DNA of 63,951 nucleotides, the filler included, from Planctomycetota bacterium (GTDB lineage: Bacteria > Planctomycetota > Planctomycetia > JALXBF01), in the NCBI GenBank assembly GCA_026991575.1. It is 4 parts of 4 records of this genome, joined end to end, with 100 filler letters (N's around TTAATTAATTAA, not from the genome) between each part and the next. Parts side by side here need not be neighbours in the genome. Positions count along the whole stretch, not along the records: positions 40,283 to 59,915 come from JALXBF010000081.1; 3 more parts are not named here. One strand, 5' to 3'. Both the position numbers and the translations under genes were made by a program. Position 1 is the stretch's first letter. The number at the start of each line of letters is the position of its first letter. This document shows, one piece after another, positions 40,835-50,401 of the stretch. The notes under the pieces were generated by a model. The model had not been told where the DNA came from, did not search any database, and was given only the letters and a program-made list of their open reading frames with translations.

Positions 40835-40876
40835 ACCGCGGAGCAGGCCACTAGCCTGCTCCGCGGTCGTTTTTCT
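40835..40876. terminator. Bidirectional intrinsic terminator
   Basis: 14-bp perfect stem ACCGCGGAGCAGGC/GCCTGCTCCGCGGT with a T-run after and an A-run before, between a convergent CDS and tRNA-Pro. Confidence 0.75.
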
Positions 40877-40879
40877 CAG

Positions 40880-40954
40880 TCGGGGCGACTGGATTCGAAC
40901 CAGCGACCTCACGGTCCCGAACCGTGCGCTCTAACCAGGCTGAGCTACGCCCCG
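40880..40954 (-). tRNA. tRNA-Pro(CGG)
   Basis: CGGGGCGTAGCTCAGCCTGGTTAGAGCGCACGGTTCGGGACCGTGAGGTCGCTGGTTCGAATCCAGTCGCCCCGA. Confidence 0.95.
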
Positions 40955-41181
40955 ACATCGGTTGTCCTCTTCAATAATACCGCCTGGGCAAGGGGCGGCA
41001 CGGGCGACTCCTGTGCCGGACCACGCCAGGAAAAGGACCTAGAGTGGGCTGGGGGGTGGGAAGGCGAGCCGCACGGCCGAGCTGGCGAAGGGGCCGCGCC
41101 GTTGGCTTGCTTTTCGCGCCTGCGCGGCCGCACCTATAATGCTTGGTCAGGCAGGCAGAGCGGCCGCTTTCGGAGCGTGTC

Positions 41182-41730
41182 ATGACTGGCTTTGGCCGAT
41201 GGCTACGAGATGTGTGGCTCGCGGTGGTGACCATCGCTCAGGGCATGGTGGTCACGATCCGCTACATGCTGGCCACGTTCCACCCCCGGCGCAAGGCGTT
41301 CACGCAGCGGTTTGAGTATCCGGAGCTGCCCGTACCGGTGCGGCCGCGTTACCGAGGGTTTCACCGCTACGACCTGACCACCTGCATTGCGTGCGATCAG
41401 TGTGCCCGGGCGTGCCCCATCGATTGCATCTACATCGAGAAGGAGCGCAATCCGGTTGGCAAAGGCTTTCGGGTGATCTCCTTCACGATTGACTACACCA
41501 AGTGCATGTTCTGTGGCCTGTGCACGTATCCTTGTCCCGTGGACTGCATCTACATGGGCCAGACGCATGATCTGAGCGCGTACAGCCGCGATAGTTTGAT
41601 CGTGGATTTCGCAAAGCTGCCGCTCGAAATCGCCTGGGGCCTTGGGACGCTGAACCCGACGGCAGTGGCCGAGTCGAAGGTGATCCCCGAACCGGTCTGG
41701 CTGCCTGCCGCTCAGGCCAGCGGCAAGTAA
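41182..41730 (+). CDS. nuoI: NADH-quinone oxidoreductase subunit I
   Basis: YPE..RYRGFH, CIACDQCARACP and CMFCGLCTYPCP 2x[4Fe-4S] motifs. Confidence 0.9.
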   Translation: MTGFGRWLRDVWLAVVTIAQGMVVTIRYMLATFHPRRKAFTQRFEYPELPVPVRPRYRGFHRYDLTTCIACDQCARACPIDCIYIEKERNPVGKGFRVISFTIDYTKCMFCGLCTYPCPVDCIYMGQTHDLSAYSRDSLIVDFAKLPLEIAWGLGTLNPTAVAESKVIPEPVWLPAAQASGK

Positions 41731-41759
41731 CCTGCGGCCCGGGCCATCGATGGGCAGAG

Positions 41760-42236
41760 ATGAGAGGCGAGCCTAAAGGCCAAAAAGTGGCGAAGCGACG
41801 GTATTTCAGCGTCGACGTGGCCAATCGGATGCTGCCGCTGGTTCGATCGATCGTGCAGGATTTCGTCGACGAGCTGAAGCGGTACGAGGCATTGCAGGAG
41901 CGGATGGCGCTGTTGTCCAGGGTCGAGAAGCAGCGGCTGACGGCCGGGCACCGTGAGGAGATTGAGGACGTGGAGCGGCAGTGGCAGAGCTGCGGCGCCC
42001 GGTTGCGTGGCCTTCTGCAGGAGCTAGACAACCTGGGCGTGGAGCTCAAAGGTGGCAACGGCCTGGTCGACTTCCCCGCCTTGCTGCACGGCCGGGAAAT
42101 CTACCTGTGCTGGCAGCTCGGCGAACCTGAGGTGATGTACTGGCACGAAAAGGACGCCGGGTTCCAGGGCCGGCAGCCTATCACGGACGAGCTCCGTGCT
42201 GAGCTGGCGGCCCAGAACGACGACGACTCGCTCTGA
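41760..42236 (+). CDS. DUF2203 family protein
   Basis: YFSVDVANRMLPLVR, LGVELKG..GLVDFP..GREIYLCWQLGEPEVMYWH...GFQGRQP. Confidence 0.9.
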   Translation: MRGEPKGQKVAKRRYFSVDVANRMLPLVRSIVQDFVDELKRYEALQERMALLSRVEKQRLTAGHREEIEDVERQWQSCGARLRGLLQELDNLGVELKGGNGLVDFPALLHGREIYLCWQLGEPEVMYWHEKDAGFQGRQPITDELRAELAAQNDDDSL

Positions 42237-42255
42237 ATGGCTTCGGAGTCCGCGC

Positions 42256-42894
42256 ATGACACCCTACGTCTCACTGGCGAGTTACCTCGTGCTCTTCCTG
42301 CTGGGCGGCTTCATCGCCGTCTTTGCCGCACTGGTGGTCGGCTGGCTGGTGCGACCGAACAACCCGGCCGAAGACAAGCTGGAGGTGTACGAGTGTGGTG
42401 AGCCGACCATCGGCTCCAGCTGGATCCAGTTCGACTTGCGGTTCTATGTGGTCGCGCTGCTGTTTGTGGTCTTCGACGTCGAGGTGGCCTTCTTCTTCCC
42501 GTGGGCGACCGTCTTCGGCACGGCGCGCCACCTGGCAGATCCTAGTGTGACGGAGCAGAGCGTCCGCGCGGCCCTGACCGCGAAACTGGCCGGGGCGCCG
42601 ATCGAAGAGGTTCGCCCGCAGGCTGTTCCAGAAGGGAGCACGCAGGAAGCGATTTCCCACGAAGATGCCTGGACGATCACTGCGTTGGCCGTGGCAGACC
42701 TGGCGGTCTTCTTTGGCGTGATCCTGCTTGGCTTCGCCTACCTCTGGAAACGGGGCGACATCGAGTGGGTGCGGTCCACGTTGGCTGAGGAACGTACGCC
42801 GGAGGAATTGGTCGAGGAGCTGGCCGCACCGGAGGAAGAGCAACCTCAGCTGACCCTCACCGGCGCATCCTCCGCGACGTCCTCCAGCCCGTAG
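42256..42894 (+). CDS. nuoA: NADH-quinone oxidoreductase subunit A (with loop insertion)
   Basis: KLEVYECGE, RFYVVALLFVVFDVEVAFFFPWA, YLWKRGDIEW. Confidence 0.92.
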   Translation: MTPYVSLASYLVLFLLGGFIAVFAALVVGWLVRPNNPAEDKLEVYECGEPTIGSSWIQFDLRFYVVALLFVVFDVEVAFFFPWATVFGTARHLADPSVTEQSVRAALTAKLAGAPIEEVRPQAVPEGSTQEAISHEDAWTITALAVADLAVFFGVILLGFAYLWKRGDIEWVRSTLAEERTPEELVEELAAPEEEQPQLTLTGASSATSSSP

Positions 42895-42924
42895 TCGGTC
42901 TCATCACCGCGAAGCGAACGTGTC

Positions 42925-43455
42925 ATGAGCCCTCAAGAGATCGCTCAGTTGCTCAAGGACCAGTTCGGTGATCGGATCACCGGCGAAGCGCTCGACGTGC
43001 TGGATCCCTGGATCGCCGTTGCGCCGGAGGCGCTGCACGAGGTGATGGAGTTCCTCCGCAACGACGAGCGGCTGGCAATGGACTTCCTGCACTGTGTCAG
43101 CGGCGTGGACTACTTCGAGCCCGACCCCAAGAAAGCGAAACGGGCCAAGTTCGAGCCGCACATGGAGGTGCTCTATCACCTCTCCAGCATGAAACACGGC
43201 CACCGGATCGTCATCAAGGTCTTCCTGCCACGCTGGAAGAACGACCGACCGGGAGAACTGCCCGAAGTGCCCTCGGTTGCCGACATCTGGCCTACGGCCA
43301 ACTGGCATGAACGGGAAGTGTACGATCTGATGGGCATTCGTTTCGTCGGACACCCGGACCTGCGGCGGATCCTGTGTCCGGAAGATTGGGTCGGGCACCC
43401 GCTGCGGAAAGACTATGAGTTCCCCGACGAATACCACGGCATCCGGGCCCGTTAA
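42925..43455 (+). CDS. nuoC: NADH-quinone oxidoreductase subunit C
   Basis: [34 protein letters not shown]. Confidence 0.93.
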   Translation: MSPQEIAQLLKDQFGDRITGEALDVLDPWIAVAPEALHEVMEFLRNDERLAMDFLHCVSGVDYFEPDPKKAKRAKFEPHMEVLYHLSSMKHGHRIVIKVFLPRWKNDRPGELPEVPSVADIWPTANWHEREVYDLMGIRFVGHPDLRRILCPEDWVGHPLRKDYEFPDEYHGIRAR

Positions 43456-43466
43456 CACGACGGCGC

Positions 43467-44657
43467 ATGGGACAAGCCATGGCAACACCGACGGCCGACC
43501 AGACGAACGTCATCGAAGTGGATGTCCGTACGGACGAAATGCTCGTCAACATGGGGCCGCAACACCCGAGCACGCATGGCGTGCTCCGACTGGTGCTGCG
43601 CGCCGATGGCGAGATCGTCCGTGAGGTGACCGCCCACATCGGCTACCTGCACCGCTGCGCCGAGAAGATAGGCGAGAACCTGGCCCCCTACCAGTACATC
43701 CCGTACACAGATCGGATGGACTACCTGGCGGCCATGAACATGAACCTGGGCTACGCTCTGGCCGTGGAGAAGCTCTGCCAGATGAAGATCCCTGAGCGAG
43801 CCCAGATTATCCGGGTGATCATGGCTGAGCTGGGCCGTATTGCCAGCCACCTGGTGGGCATGGGAGCGTACGGGCTGGACCTGGGCACGTTCAGCCCGTT
43901 CCTGTATGCGTTCCGGGAGCGCGAGAAGATTCTGGACCTATTCGAAGAGACGTGCGGTGCTCGGCTCACGTGTAGCTATGTCACCATCGGCGGCGTCACG
44001 CATGATTTCCCGCCCGGGTGGGTGGAGCGTTGCAAACAGTTCCTCGACTACTTTGAGCCGAAGATCGAAGAGTACCACACGCTCCTGACACGCAACGCCA
44101 TCTTCATCCGCCGCACTGCGGGCCTGGGGGTGCTGCCACCGGACATGGCCATAGCCTACGGTTGCACCGGACCGGTGCTGCGTGGCTCCGGCGTTCGCCA
44201 CGACCTGCGCAAGGTGCAGCCGTACTGCGGCTACGAGACCTACGACTTTGAGATCGCGTGCCCACCGTTTGACGACGCACCCGACGAGGCTGTCATTGGC
44301 GATGCCTGGCATCGCTTCTACGTGCGGATGGTTGAGATCAAGGAGAGCGTCAAGATCCTTCGGCAGGCCCTGGCCCGTTATGAGCAGAACCCCGAAGGTT
44401 CGCATCGTTCGCCTGAATGGAAACCCACAATGAAGCTGCCTGCCGGCGAGGCGTATCTGGAAACGGAGTGCCCGCGCGGCCAGATGGGATTCCTGGTGGT
44501 CGGGATGGACGCGCCGATTCCGTGGCGGGTCCGAGCCCGCTCCAGCAGCTTCTGCAACCTGTCGGTTGTTTCTGAGCTGTGCAAGGGCTGTTTGATCGCC
44601 GACGTGCCTGCCATCGTCGGTTCGCTCGACATCGTCATGGGTGAAATCGACCGCTAG
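43467..44657 (+). CDS. nuoD: NADH-quinone oxidoreductase subunit D
   Basis: NMGPQHPSTHGVLRL, IGYLHRCAEK, TDRMDYL, DIVMGEIDR. Confidence 0.95.
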   Translation: MGQAMATPTADQTNVIEVDVRTDEMLVNMGPQHPSTHGVLRLVLRADGEIVREVTAHIGYLHRCAEKIGENLAPYQYIPYTDRMDYLAAMNMNLGYALAVEKLCQMKIPERAQIIRVIMAELGRIASHLVGMGAYGLDLGTFSPFLYAFREREKILDLFEETCGARLTCSYVTIGGVTHDFPPGWVERCKQFLDYFEPKIEEYHTLLTRNAIFIRRTAGLGVLPPDMAIAYGCTGPVLRGSGVRHDLRKVQPYCGYETYDFEIACPPFDDAPDEAVIGDAWHRFYVRMVEIKESVKILRQALARYEQNPEGSHRSPEWKPTMKLPAGEAYLETECPRGQMGFLVVGMDAPIPWRVRARSSSFCNLSVVSELCKGCLIADVPAIVGSLDIVMGEIDR

Positions 44658-44690
44658 CGGCGACGCAACTGAGGGCGGCTGCCACAGGGC

Positions 44691-45479
44691 ATGGCCGAGC
44701 CGAAAGGCAAAGTCGTAACCATCAGCGTGTTCCTGCTGGCGCTGTGCGGCCTTGTCCTGCTCGTGCGGCTGTCGCGCCAGGATCGGACCACGTCAAGCCC
44801 CTTGCTTGTGGCCGCAGCGGCCAGTCTTCGGCCCCCTCTAGAGGCGCTGGCCGACGACTACTGCCGCTACCACGACGTGCCCCGACCGCGGATCACCTAC
44901 GGTGCTTCGGGCACGCTTGCCGAACAGATCCGACAGGGGGCACCGTACGATGTGTTCCTCGCAGCGGATGCCGAACACGCCCGGTGGGCGGCGGGCCGTG
45001 CCGGCTTCGCTGCCCCGTCACGCACGATTGCCACCGGTGTGCTGGTTCTCTGGTCGCGGAGCCGACAGCCCGCAGAGCTGGCCCGCCGCATCAGGCTGGG
45101 CCAATCCCGGACGCTGCGCCTGGCGGTGGCCAACCCTGATTATGCCCCCTACGGTCGGGCCGCGCGTCAGTTCTTGATGCGCCACAACGCGTGGCAAGCA
45201 GAGCATCTTGTCCTCACGGCCAACGTGGCGCAAGCTGCCCAGTATGCGCTGGCCGATCTGGTCGACGGAGCGTTTGTCTCGCTGTCCTACGCCCTCCATG
45301 ACCGCATGCGCCAAGCTGGCAGCTATTGGATCGTGCCCCCCGATCAGTACGATCCCCTGCCTCAAACAGCTGTAGTCCTGTCGGACCGCGCGGCTGCTGG
45401 GGAATTCGTCCGTTGGCTCGGGTCCAAAGCGGCCGCCCGGGTGTGGCGCCGCTATGGCTACCGGATGGCGGGAGACTAG
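44691..45479 (+). CDS. modA: Molybdate ABC transporter substrate-binding protein
   Basis: AAAASLR, GASGTLAEQIRQGAPYDVFLAAD, ANPDYAPYGRAA. Confidence 0.9.
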   Translation: MAEPKGKVVTISVFLLALCGLVLLVRLSRQDRTTSSPLLVAAAASLRPPLEALADDYCRYHDVPRPRITYGASGTLAEQIRQGAPYDVFLAADAEHARWAAGRAGFAAPSRTIATGVLVLWSRSRQPAELARRIRLGQSRTLRLAVANPDYAPYGRAARQFLMRHNAWQAEHLVLTANVAQAAQYALADLVDGAFVSLSYALHDRMRQAGSYWIVPPDQYDPLPQTAVVLSDRAAAGEFVRWLGSKAAARVWRRYGYRMAGD

Positions 45480-45481
45480 CG

Positions 45482-46168
45482 ATGGCGTCTGGGGCTGCCA
45501 TCTGGGACGCCATCCTGGTCACATTGCGGTTGGCCAGCCTAACCGCCTTGTTGCTTGCGCTTCTTGGCGTGCCGCTGGCCTACTGGCTGGCCATGGGCCA
45601 GAGCCGGTTTCGTTCTCTGGTGGAAGCCGTGGTTACGCTTCCGACCGTGCTGCCGCCCACGGTCCTGGGGTATTACCTGCTCGTGGCATTTGCTCCCCAG
45701 TCGCTGCCGGGGCGGCTGTTTCGCGCCCTGACGGGCACGAACCTGGCGTTCAGCTTCTGGGGCATTCTGGTGGCCAGTGTCATCTTTAGCGCCCCCTTCG
45801 CGCTGCGCCCCTATACGGTGGCGTTTCAGTCGATTGACCGTCGGCTGTTGGAGGTCAGTTGGTGTTTGGGCTTAAGTCGCTGGCGCACGTTCTGGGCGGT
45901 GGTGTTGCCGCTGGCATGGCACGGTGTGCTCAGCGGCACCGTGCTTGCCTTCTGCCACGCGGTGGGTGCCTTTGGCGTCATCCTCATGGTGGGGGGCAAC
46001 ATCCCCGGCCGCACACGGACGCTGTCGGTGCTCATCTACGATTTGGTGCAGGCACTTGAGTACGGCATGGCCGGGCGAGTGGCAGCTGGCCTCGTGCTCT
46101 TTGCGCTCTGCGTGCTACTACTGGTCCATTGGCTGAACAGGCGGGCAACCGGTTACCGTGCTCGTTGA
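45482..46168 (+). CDS. modB: Molybdate ABC transporter permease
   Basis: LPTVLPPTVLGYYLL, GAFGVILMVGGNIPGRTRT. Confidence 0.92.
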   Translation: MASGAAIWDAILVTLRLASLTALLLALLGVPLAYWLAMGQSRFRSLVEAVVTLPTVLPPTVLGYYLLVAFAPQSLPGRLFRALTGTNLAFSFWGILVASVIFSAPFALRPYTVAFQSIDRRLLEVSWCLGLSRWRTFWAVVLPLAWHGVLSGTVLAFCHAVGAFGVILMVGGNIPGRTRTLSVLIYDLVQALEYGMAGRVAAGLVLFALCVLLLVHWLNRRATGYRAR

Positions 46169-47276
46169 GGTTGACATCGAACATCGTTACCGGCACGGTC
46201 CTGCTATCCTGGCCCGGTTTACCGTGGCGCTGGCGGCGGGTCGCTCCTGCGCACTGGTCGGGCCCTCCGGTGCGGGCAAGACCACGGTGTTGCGCGTTCT
46301 CGCCGGTCTGGAGCGTCCGCAACGCGGCCGGATCCGCGTGGATGGCCAGCTCTGGTTTGACCATGAACGCGCCATCTTTCTCCCCCCTCAGGCCCGCCGC
46401 ACCGGGTTGATCTTCCAGGACTACGCTCTCTACCCGCACCGCACCGTCTACGGCAACGTCCTGCTGCCGGCCCGGTTGGCAGCAGCCTCCGCGGCCGAAG
46501 CGGACCAAAGGGTGCGAGAGCTTCTGGAGCTGGTGGGCCTCTGGGATGAACGGGACCGGTATCCGCACCAGCTTTCGGGCGGGCAACAGCAGCGGCTGGC
46601 ACTGGCCCGTGCCCTGGCATGCCATGCCCGCCTGCTGCTGATGGATGAGCCGTTTGCCGCGCTGGACCAACTCACCCGACATGCCGTGCGTGAGCAACTG
46701 TTCCGGCTGGTAAGCCGCAGCAACGTACCGCTAATGGTCGTCGGTCATGACTGGCAAGAGATCGCTGTCGACGCCCACTGGGTTATCGTCATGGCGTCCG
46801 GAAGGGTGGTCGCCGCAGGCCCTCCGGACCTGCTCGCAGACCAGCCGCCGTGCCGGCTCGTGGCGGAACTGGCCGGTTACCGGAACGTCTTTCCGGTCGT
46901 GCGCGTTCGGACCCGGGAGCAGCACCGAGTTCAGGTTGACCTGGGCGATGCGAGTCTCCTGGTGCGCAGCGTCCAGCCAACCCCGTCGGGCGCGGGCCCG
47001 CTATGGTGCTGCGTCCACCCGGAATCGATCATCGTAGAGAATGGCACTGCGCGGCACCGTGACGCGAACGTGCTCCCTGGGACGGTGGAGACGGTCGAAT
47101 GCGCGGTTCGGCCGGCCCGAGTCACAGTGCGCCACCGCAGCAGGCTGTGGTCGGTCCAGCTGCCGCTGACCCAGGCGCGGACATTGCGGCCTGGAGCAAC
47201 GGTACGGCTGGTGGTCCCGGAGGATGCCCCCCGGCTCGTCCAAGACGCCTGCGAAGCCACCCCTGGCCCGCCATGA
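46158..47276 (+). CDS. modC: Molybdate ABC transporter ATP-binding protein
   Basis: GPSGAGKT, LSGGQQQR, LLLMDEPF; TOBE-like C-terminus. Confidence 0.88.
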   Translation: MLVEVDIEHRYRHGPAILARFTVALAAGRSCALVGPSGAGKTTVLRVLAGLERPQRGRIRVDGQLWFDHERAIFLPPQARRTGLIFQDYALYPHRTVYGNVLLPARLAAASAAEADQRVRELLELVGLWDERDRYPHQLSGGQQQRLALARALACHARLLLMDEPFAALDQLTRHAVREQLFRLVSRSNVPLMVVGHDWQEIAVDAHWVIVMASGRVVAAGPPDLLADQPPCRLVAELAGYRNVFPVVRVRTREQHRVQVDLGDASLLVRSVQPTPSGAGPLWCCVHPESIIVENGTARHRDANVLPGTVETVECAVRPARVTVRHRSRLWSVQLPLTQARTLRPGATVRLVVPEDAPRLVQDACEATPGPP

Positions 47277-47382
47277 CCATCCCCTGCTTCACGTCCGGCG
47301 GTGCGGCTGTGCCGGTGTATGAAGAGCGCAGGGGCCCGGTTACAGTAGCGGACCGACCGGGCCCCTGCCACGACGCGGAGCG

Positions 47383-48099
47383 TTACGCTGGTTGGCCGGT
47401 TGTAACGTCCAGTAACTGCACCTGCTCGTCCACGTGCTTGTTCCAGTCCACCAGCGCGGCTGAACCATCGCGCAGCCAGCCCGGGTTCACCACGAACGTG
47501 TGCGCGATCCGCTGGAAGCCTCGGTGGTCGGTCGGTCCGAAGACGGCGCACAGGTCGGGATGGAAGCTGTCGATCAGGTCACCGACCACGGCATTGCCCT
47601 GCTCGCCGCCGAGCGGTCCCGGAGGTGCCTGACCGAGCAGCATCACCTTCCGGCTTTGCTCGGCTCTAAGCAGGCCGCGCAGCAGGTATTCTGCCGTGTT
47701 CTTCGCATAGACCAGACTCGGAGACCGAACGTCCTCGGCCTGGCTAAAGTTGCCGCCTACGCCGCAGATTGCTACATCTTTCTCCTCGTCAACCGTGCCG
47801 TGCACGACATGCACGTGCGGGAAATCCACCTCAGTGTTCACTGCCAGACCAAGGAACAGGTGCAAGGGCACGTCGTCCGAACCCGGGATCACTGCGGCGT
47901 GCACGTTCAGGTCACCAAGCGTCTTGAAGAACCGTTCCAGGTAACCGAAGCGCGTCTTCTCGTCCGACTCGTCCGACTTCGGCATGATCCCGCCCACGAC
48001 CAGGATGCAGTCGGGGCGGTGTTCTTGAACCAGCTGCCGAAGGTGTTGCAGTGCCTGCTCGCTGCCGTAGAAGCCACCGCAAAGGAGGAACTTCCTCAT
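47383..48099 (-). CDS. Metallophosphoesterase-fold protein, TT1561-like (metal ligands degenerate)
   Basis: VVGGIMPK, IPGSDDVP, CGVGG, AEYLLR, EQGNAVVGDLI and VVNPG pattern resembles Thermus TT1561. Confidence 0.7.
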   Translation of the reverse strand: MRKFLLCGGFYGSEQALQHLRQLVQEHRPDCILVVGGIMPKSDESDEKTRFGYLERFFKTLGDLNVHAAVIPGSDDVPLHLFLGLAVNTEVDFPHVHVVHGTVDEEKDVAICGVGGNFSQAEDVRSPSLVYAKNTAEYLLRGLLRAEQSRKVMLLGQAPPGPLGGEQGNAVVGDLIDSFHPDLCAVFGPTDHRGFQRIAHTFVVNPGWLRDGSAALVDWNKHVDEQVQLLDVTTGQPA

Positions 48100-48159
48100 G
48101 GCTCTGCCCTCCACCTGTGTGGTTTCTCTGAGCGGTCGCCCGCTACCGCCGTGTGCGGC

Positions 48160-49353
48160 TCAGAAGCGGTTCAGTGAGGCCATGTGCCCCACTGCCGCCA
48201 GCGTCGCGCTCCGCTCCCAGTACTTGACCGTTGAGCCGGTGTCGATGGCCAGCGTTACGGCTTCGGTGACGGCATCGACTTCCTGAAGTTGGCCGGCGCC
48301 ACACTCCGGGCACCGGTCTGCCAACGTCGTTCTCAGGCACGACGGGCACTTGCCCGCCGTGAGCTTCAATTCGGGATCGACCAACAGAGCATGGACGCGA
48401 TGCTGCCAGAGCGCCCTGAAAACCTCCTCCGGCCCCCTGGCGCTGCGGCCCGGTCCACGCTCCTCGATTTGCCGCCAGATCCGCTCGCAGTGCGCTTCCT
48501 CAATGCGCCGCTCCTCGACTTCGGTGCGTTCAAGTACTTCCGTCGGGGTGATCGATTGGACCGGCACGTCCCAGCGCGCGATCACCTTGTCGCGCAGGTA
48601 GCTGTGCAGATGCTGTTCAAACTGCGGCAAGACCTCATGCAGGCCGCCGATAATCAGGTGGTCAAACTTTTCCTGCTGATACAGCTCGAAGAGTGCCTGG
48701 GCCGTGTGGTCAAAGTGCTTGTGGAAGTACTCAACGTGCTTGCGCATGTACTCCAGCTCGCTGAACGGATCCGGGTAGCGGATCCGCCCCGGGATCTCGT
48801 CCGTTACGTCCGTGCGCTCCTCGATGGCGCCCATGTAGAAGACGAAGATCCGGGCGTCGTCTTTGTCCGTCAGACAGATGCAGTACTTCTCGGACAAGTG
48901 CAACAACTGCTCTAGCGGCCAGGTGGCGAAGCCGTTGCCGACAAACCACCGCGGACGGACCGGCCACGGAAGCGGGATGGCCAGCCCGTAGCGGTTGCTG
49001 TAATCGGCGAAGATAGCGAGCGAACGCGTGCGGCGACGGCCCGCTGTTGCCTCCGCCACCGCGTGCGCCCGCTCCACGTCGATCAAGAGCTGTTGCCGCT
49101 GCGGGCCGGTCAGGTCGGCGAGCTGCTCGATTTGCCGCCGGACCTCCAGCAGCGTGTTCTTAGCCGCAATGCGGGCAGCCTCCGCATTGCCCCACCGCTG
49201 GCTGTCAATATCCACATACACCGACAGTGCGCGCCCGTGCTCGCTGCGGTAGCTGCGCAGCTGCTCCATCAACGCGCTGGAGACGACACCCGGGTAGAGT
49301 TCGATGGCTCTGGTCATTTGCTCCGTTCCAGTTGCTTGGGCTCTGGCTGTCAT
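48160..49353 (-). CDS. Bacterial archaeo-eukaryotic release factor-like protein (baeRF10-type)
   Basis: LSVYVDID, RSLAIF, DKDDARIF, FDHLIIGG, FEQHLHSYL, zinc ribbon CPSC...CPECG, terminal LNRF; GGAGG RBS. Confidence 0.75.
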   Translation of the reverse strand: MTARAQATGTEQMTRAIELYPGVVSSALMEQLRSYRSEHGRALSVYVDIDSQRWGNAEAARIAAKNTLLEVRRQIEQLADLTGPQRQQLLIDVERAHAVAEATAGRRRTRSLAIFADYSNRYGLAIPLPWPVRPRWFVGNGFATWPLEQLLHLSEKYCICLTDKDDARIFVFYMGAIEERTDVTDEIPGRIRYPDPFSELEYMRKHVEYFHKHFDHTAQALFELYQQEKFDHLIIGGLHEVLPQFEQHLHSYLRDKVIARWDVPVQSITPTEVLERTEVEERRIEEAHCERIWRQIEERGPGRSARGPEEVFRALWQHRVHALLVDPELKLTAGKCPSCLRTTLADRCPECGAGQLQEVDAVTEAVTLAIDTGSTVKYWERSATLAAVGHMASLNRF

Positions 49354-49573
49354 GGCTGCTCCCTCCGCCGGCCGACAACGACCTCAACAGGCCTTCTGGT
49401 GCAAAGCGCGTGCCCCGGCCGACGAAGGGGGACAAGCGAGTATCTGGCTGGAGCGCAATGGGTTGCGGATAGGACTCGATGTCGACGTGTGCCGGAACGG
49501 CCCGTTTCGTGCCACGACCGCGCAAAGATGTCCACCCGTCGGCTCGATCCGGCGCCCGGCGAGCGCTCGCCCC

Positions 49574-50272
49574 CTAGACGCCCCGGGCATCGGGCGACCA
49601 GATGTACTTGTGCAGCTGCAGCTGGAGCCGGACGGGAAGGCCGCTGTCAAGGATCCATCCGGCTAGCTCCGCGGGATCGAGCTGACCGAATGCCGGGCTG
49701 AACAGTACGGCTACCCGTTCGTGCAGGCGGTAGCTGCGCACGACGTCCACCGCCCAGTCGAAGTCCGCGCGGTCCAGGATAACGAACTTGACCTCGTCGT
49801 GGCCGTCTTTGAGCAGGGAAATGTTTTCCCAGCGGTTGGCCGCCACCTCACCGGAGCCTGGGCACTTCAGGTCCATGATGATGTGCACCCGTCGGTCCAC
49901 CGGTGAAATGTCCAGCGCGCCGCTGGTTTCAAGCAAGACCGTGTATCCTTCGTCCGCCAGGCGGGCCATCAACGGGCAGACCAGCGGCTGAAGCAACGGT
50001 TCGCCGCCAGTGATTTCCACCAGCGGCCCACCCAGCGTACGTACCCGCTGCAAGATAGTATCCAGGCTCATCGGCTCACCTTGGCCAAACGCGTGGGGGG
50101 TGTCGCACCAGACGCAGCGGAGATGACAGGCGGTGGTTCGCACGAATGTGCACGGTAGCCCCGCGAAGGTGGATTCCCCCTGGATCGAGCGGTAAATCTC
50201 GTGCACTAGCAGGTGCCCGGCGGGAACCGTACGTAACGGTCGAATTCGGTGCTCGTGCTTCGGTGGCATCAT
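49574..50272 (-). CDS. queE: 7-carboxy-7-deazaguanine synthase (radical SAM)
   Basis: EIYRSIQGES, FVRTTACHLRCVWCDT, ITGGEPLLQ, LETSG, QLQLHKYIW. Confidence 0.9.
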   Translation of the reverse strand: MMPPKHEHRIRPLRTVPAGHLLVHEIYRSIQGESTFAGLPCTFVRTTACHLRCVWCDTPHAFGQGEPMSLDTILQRVRTLGGPLVEITGGEPLLQPLVCPLMARLADEGYTVLLETSGALDISPVDRRVHIIMDLKCPGSGEVAANRWENISLLKDGHDEVKFVILDRADFDWAVDVVRSYRLHERVAVLFSPAFGQLDPAELAGWILDSGLPVRLQLQLHKYIWSPDARGV

Positions 50273-50341
50273 GGCGGCGTACAGCGAGCCAGGGGCCGGT
50301 CGATGCGCGTGGGTCTGTAGTAATTGATGCCGGCGGTGGCC

Positions 50342-50374
50342 AAAAGAAAAGGCCCCGCATGACAGTGCGGGGCC
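50342..50374 (-). terminator. Intrinsic terminator of the metalloprotease gene
   Basis: GGCCCCGCA/TGCGGGGCC stem then TTTTCTTTT on the minus strand, 27 nt past the stop. Confidence 0.8.
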
Positions 50375-50401
50375 CGGATCGTCGTGACCGCTACGGGGCG
50401 G

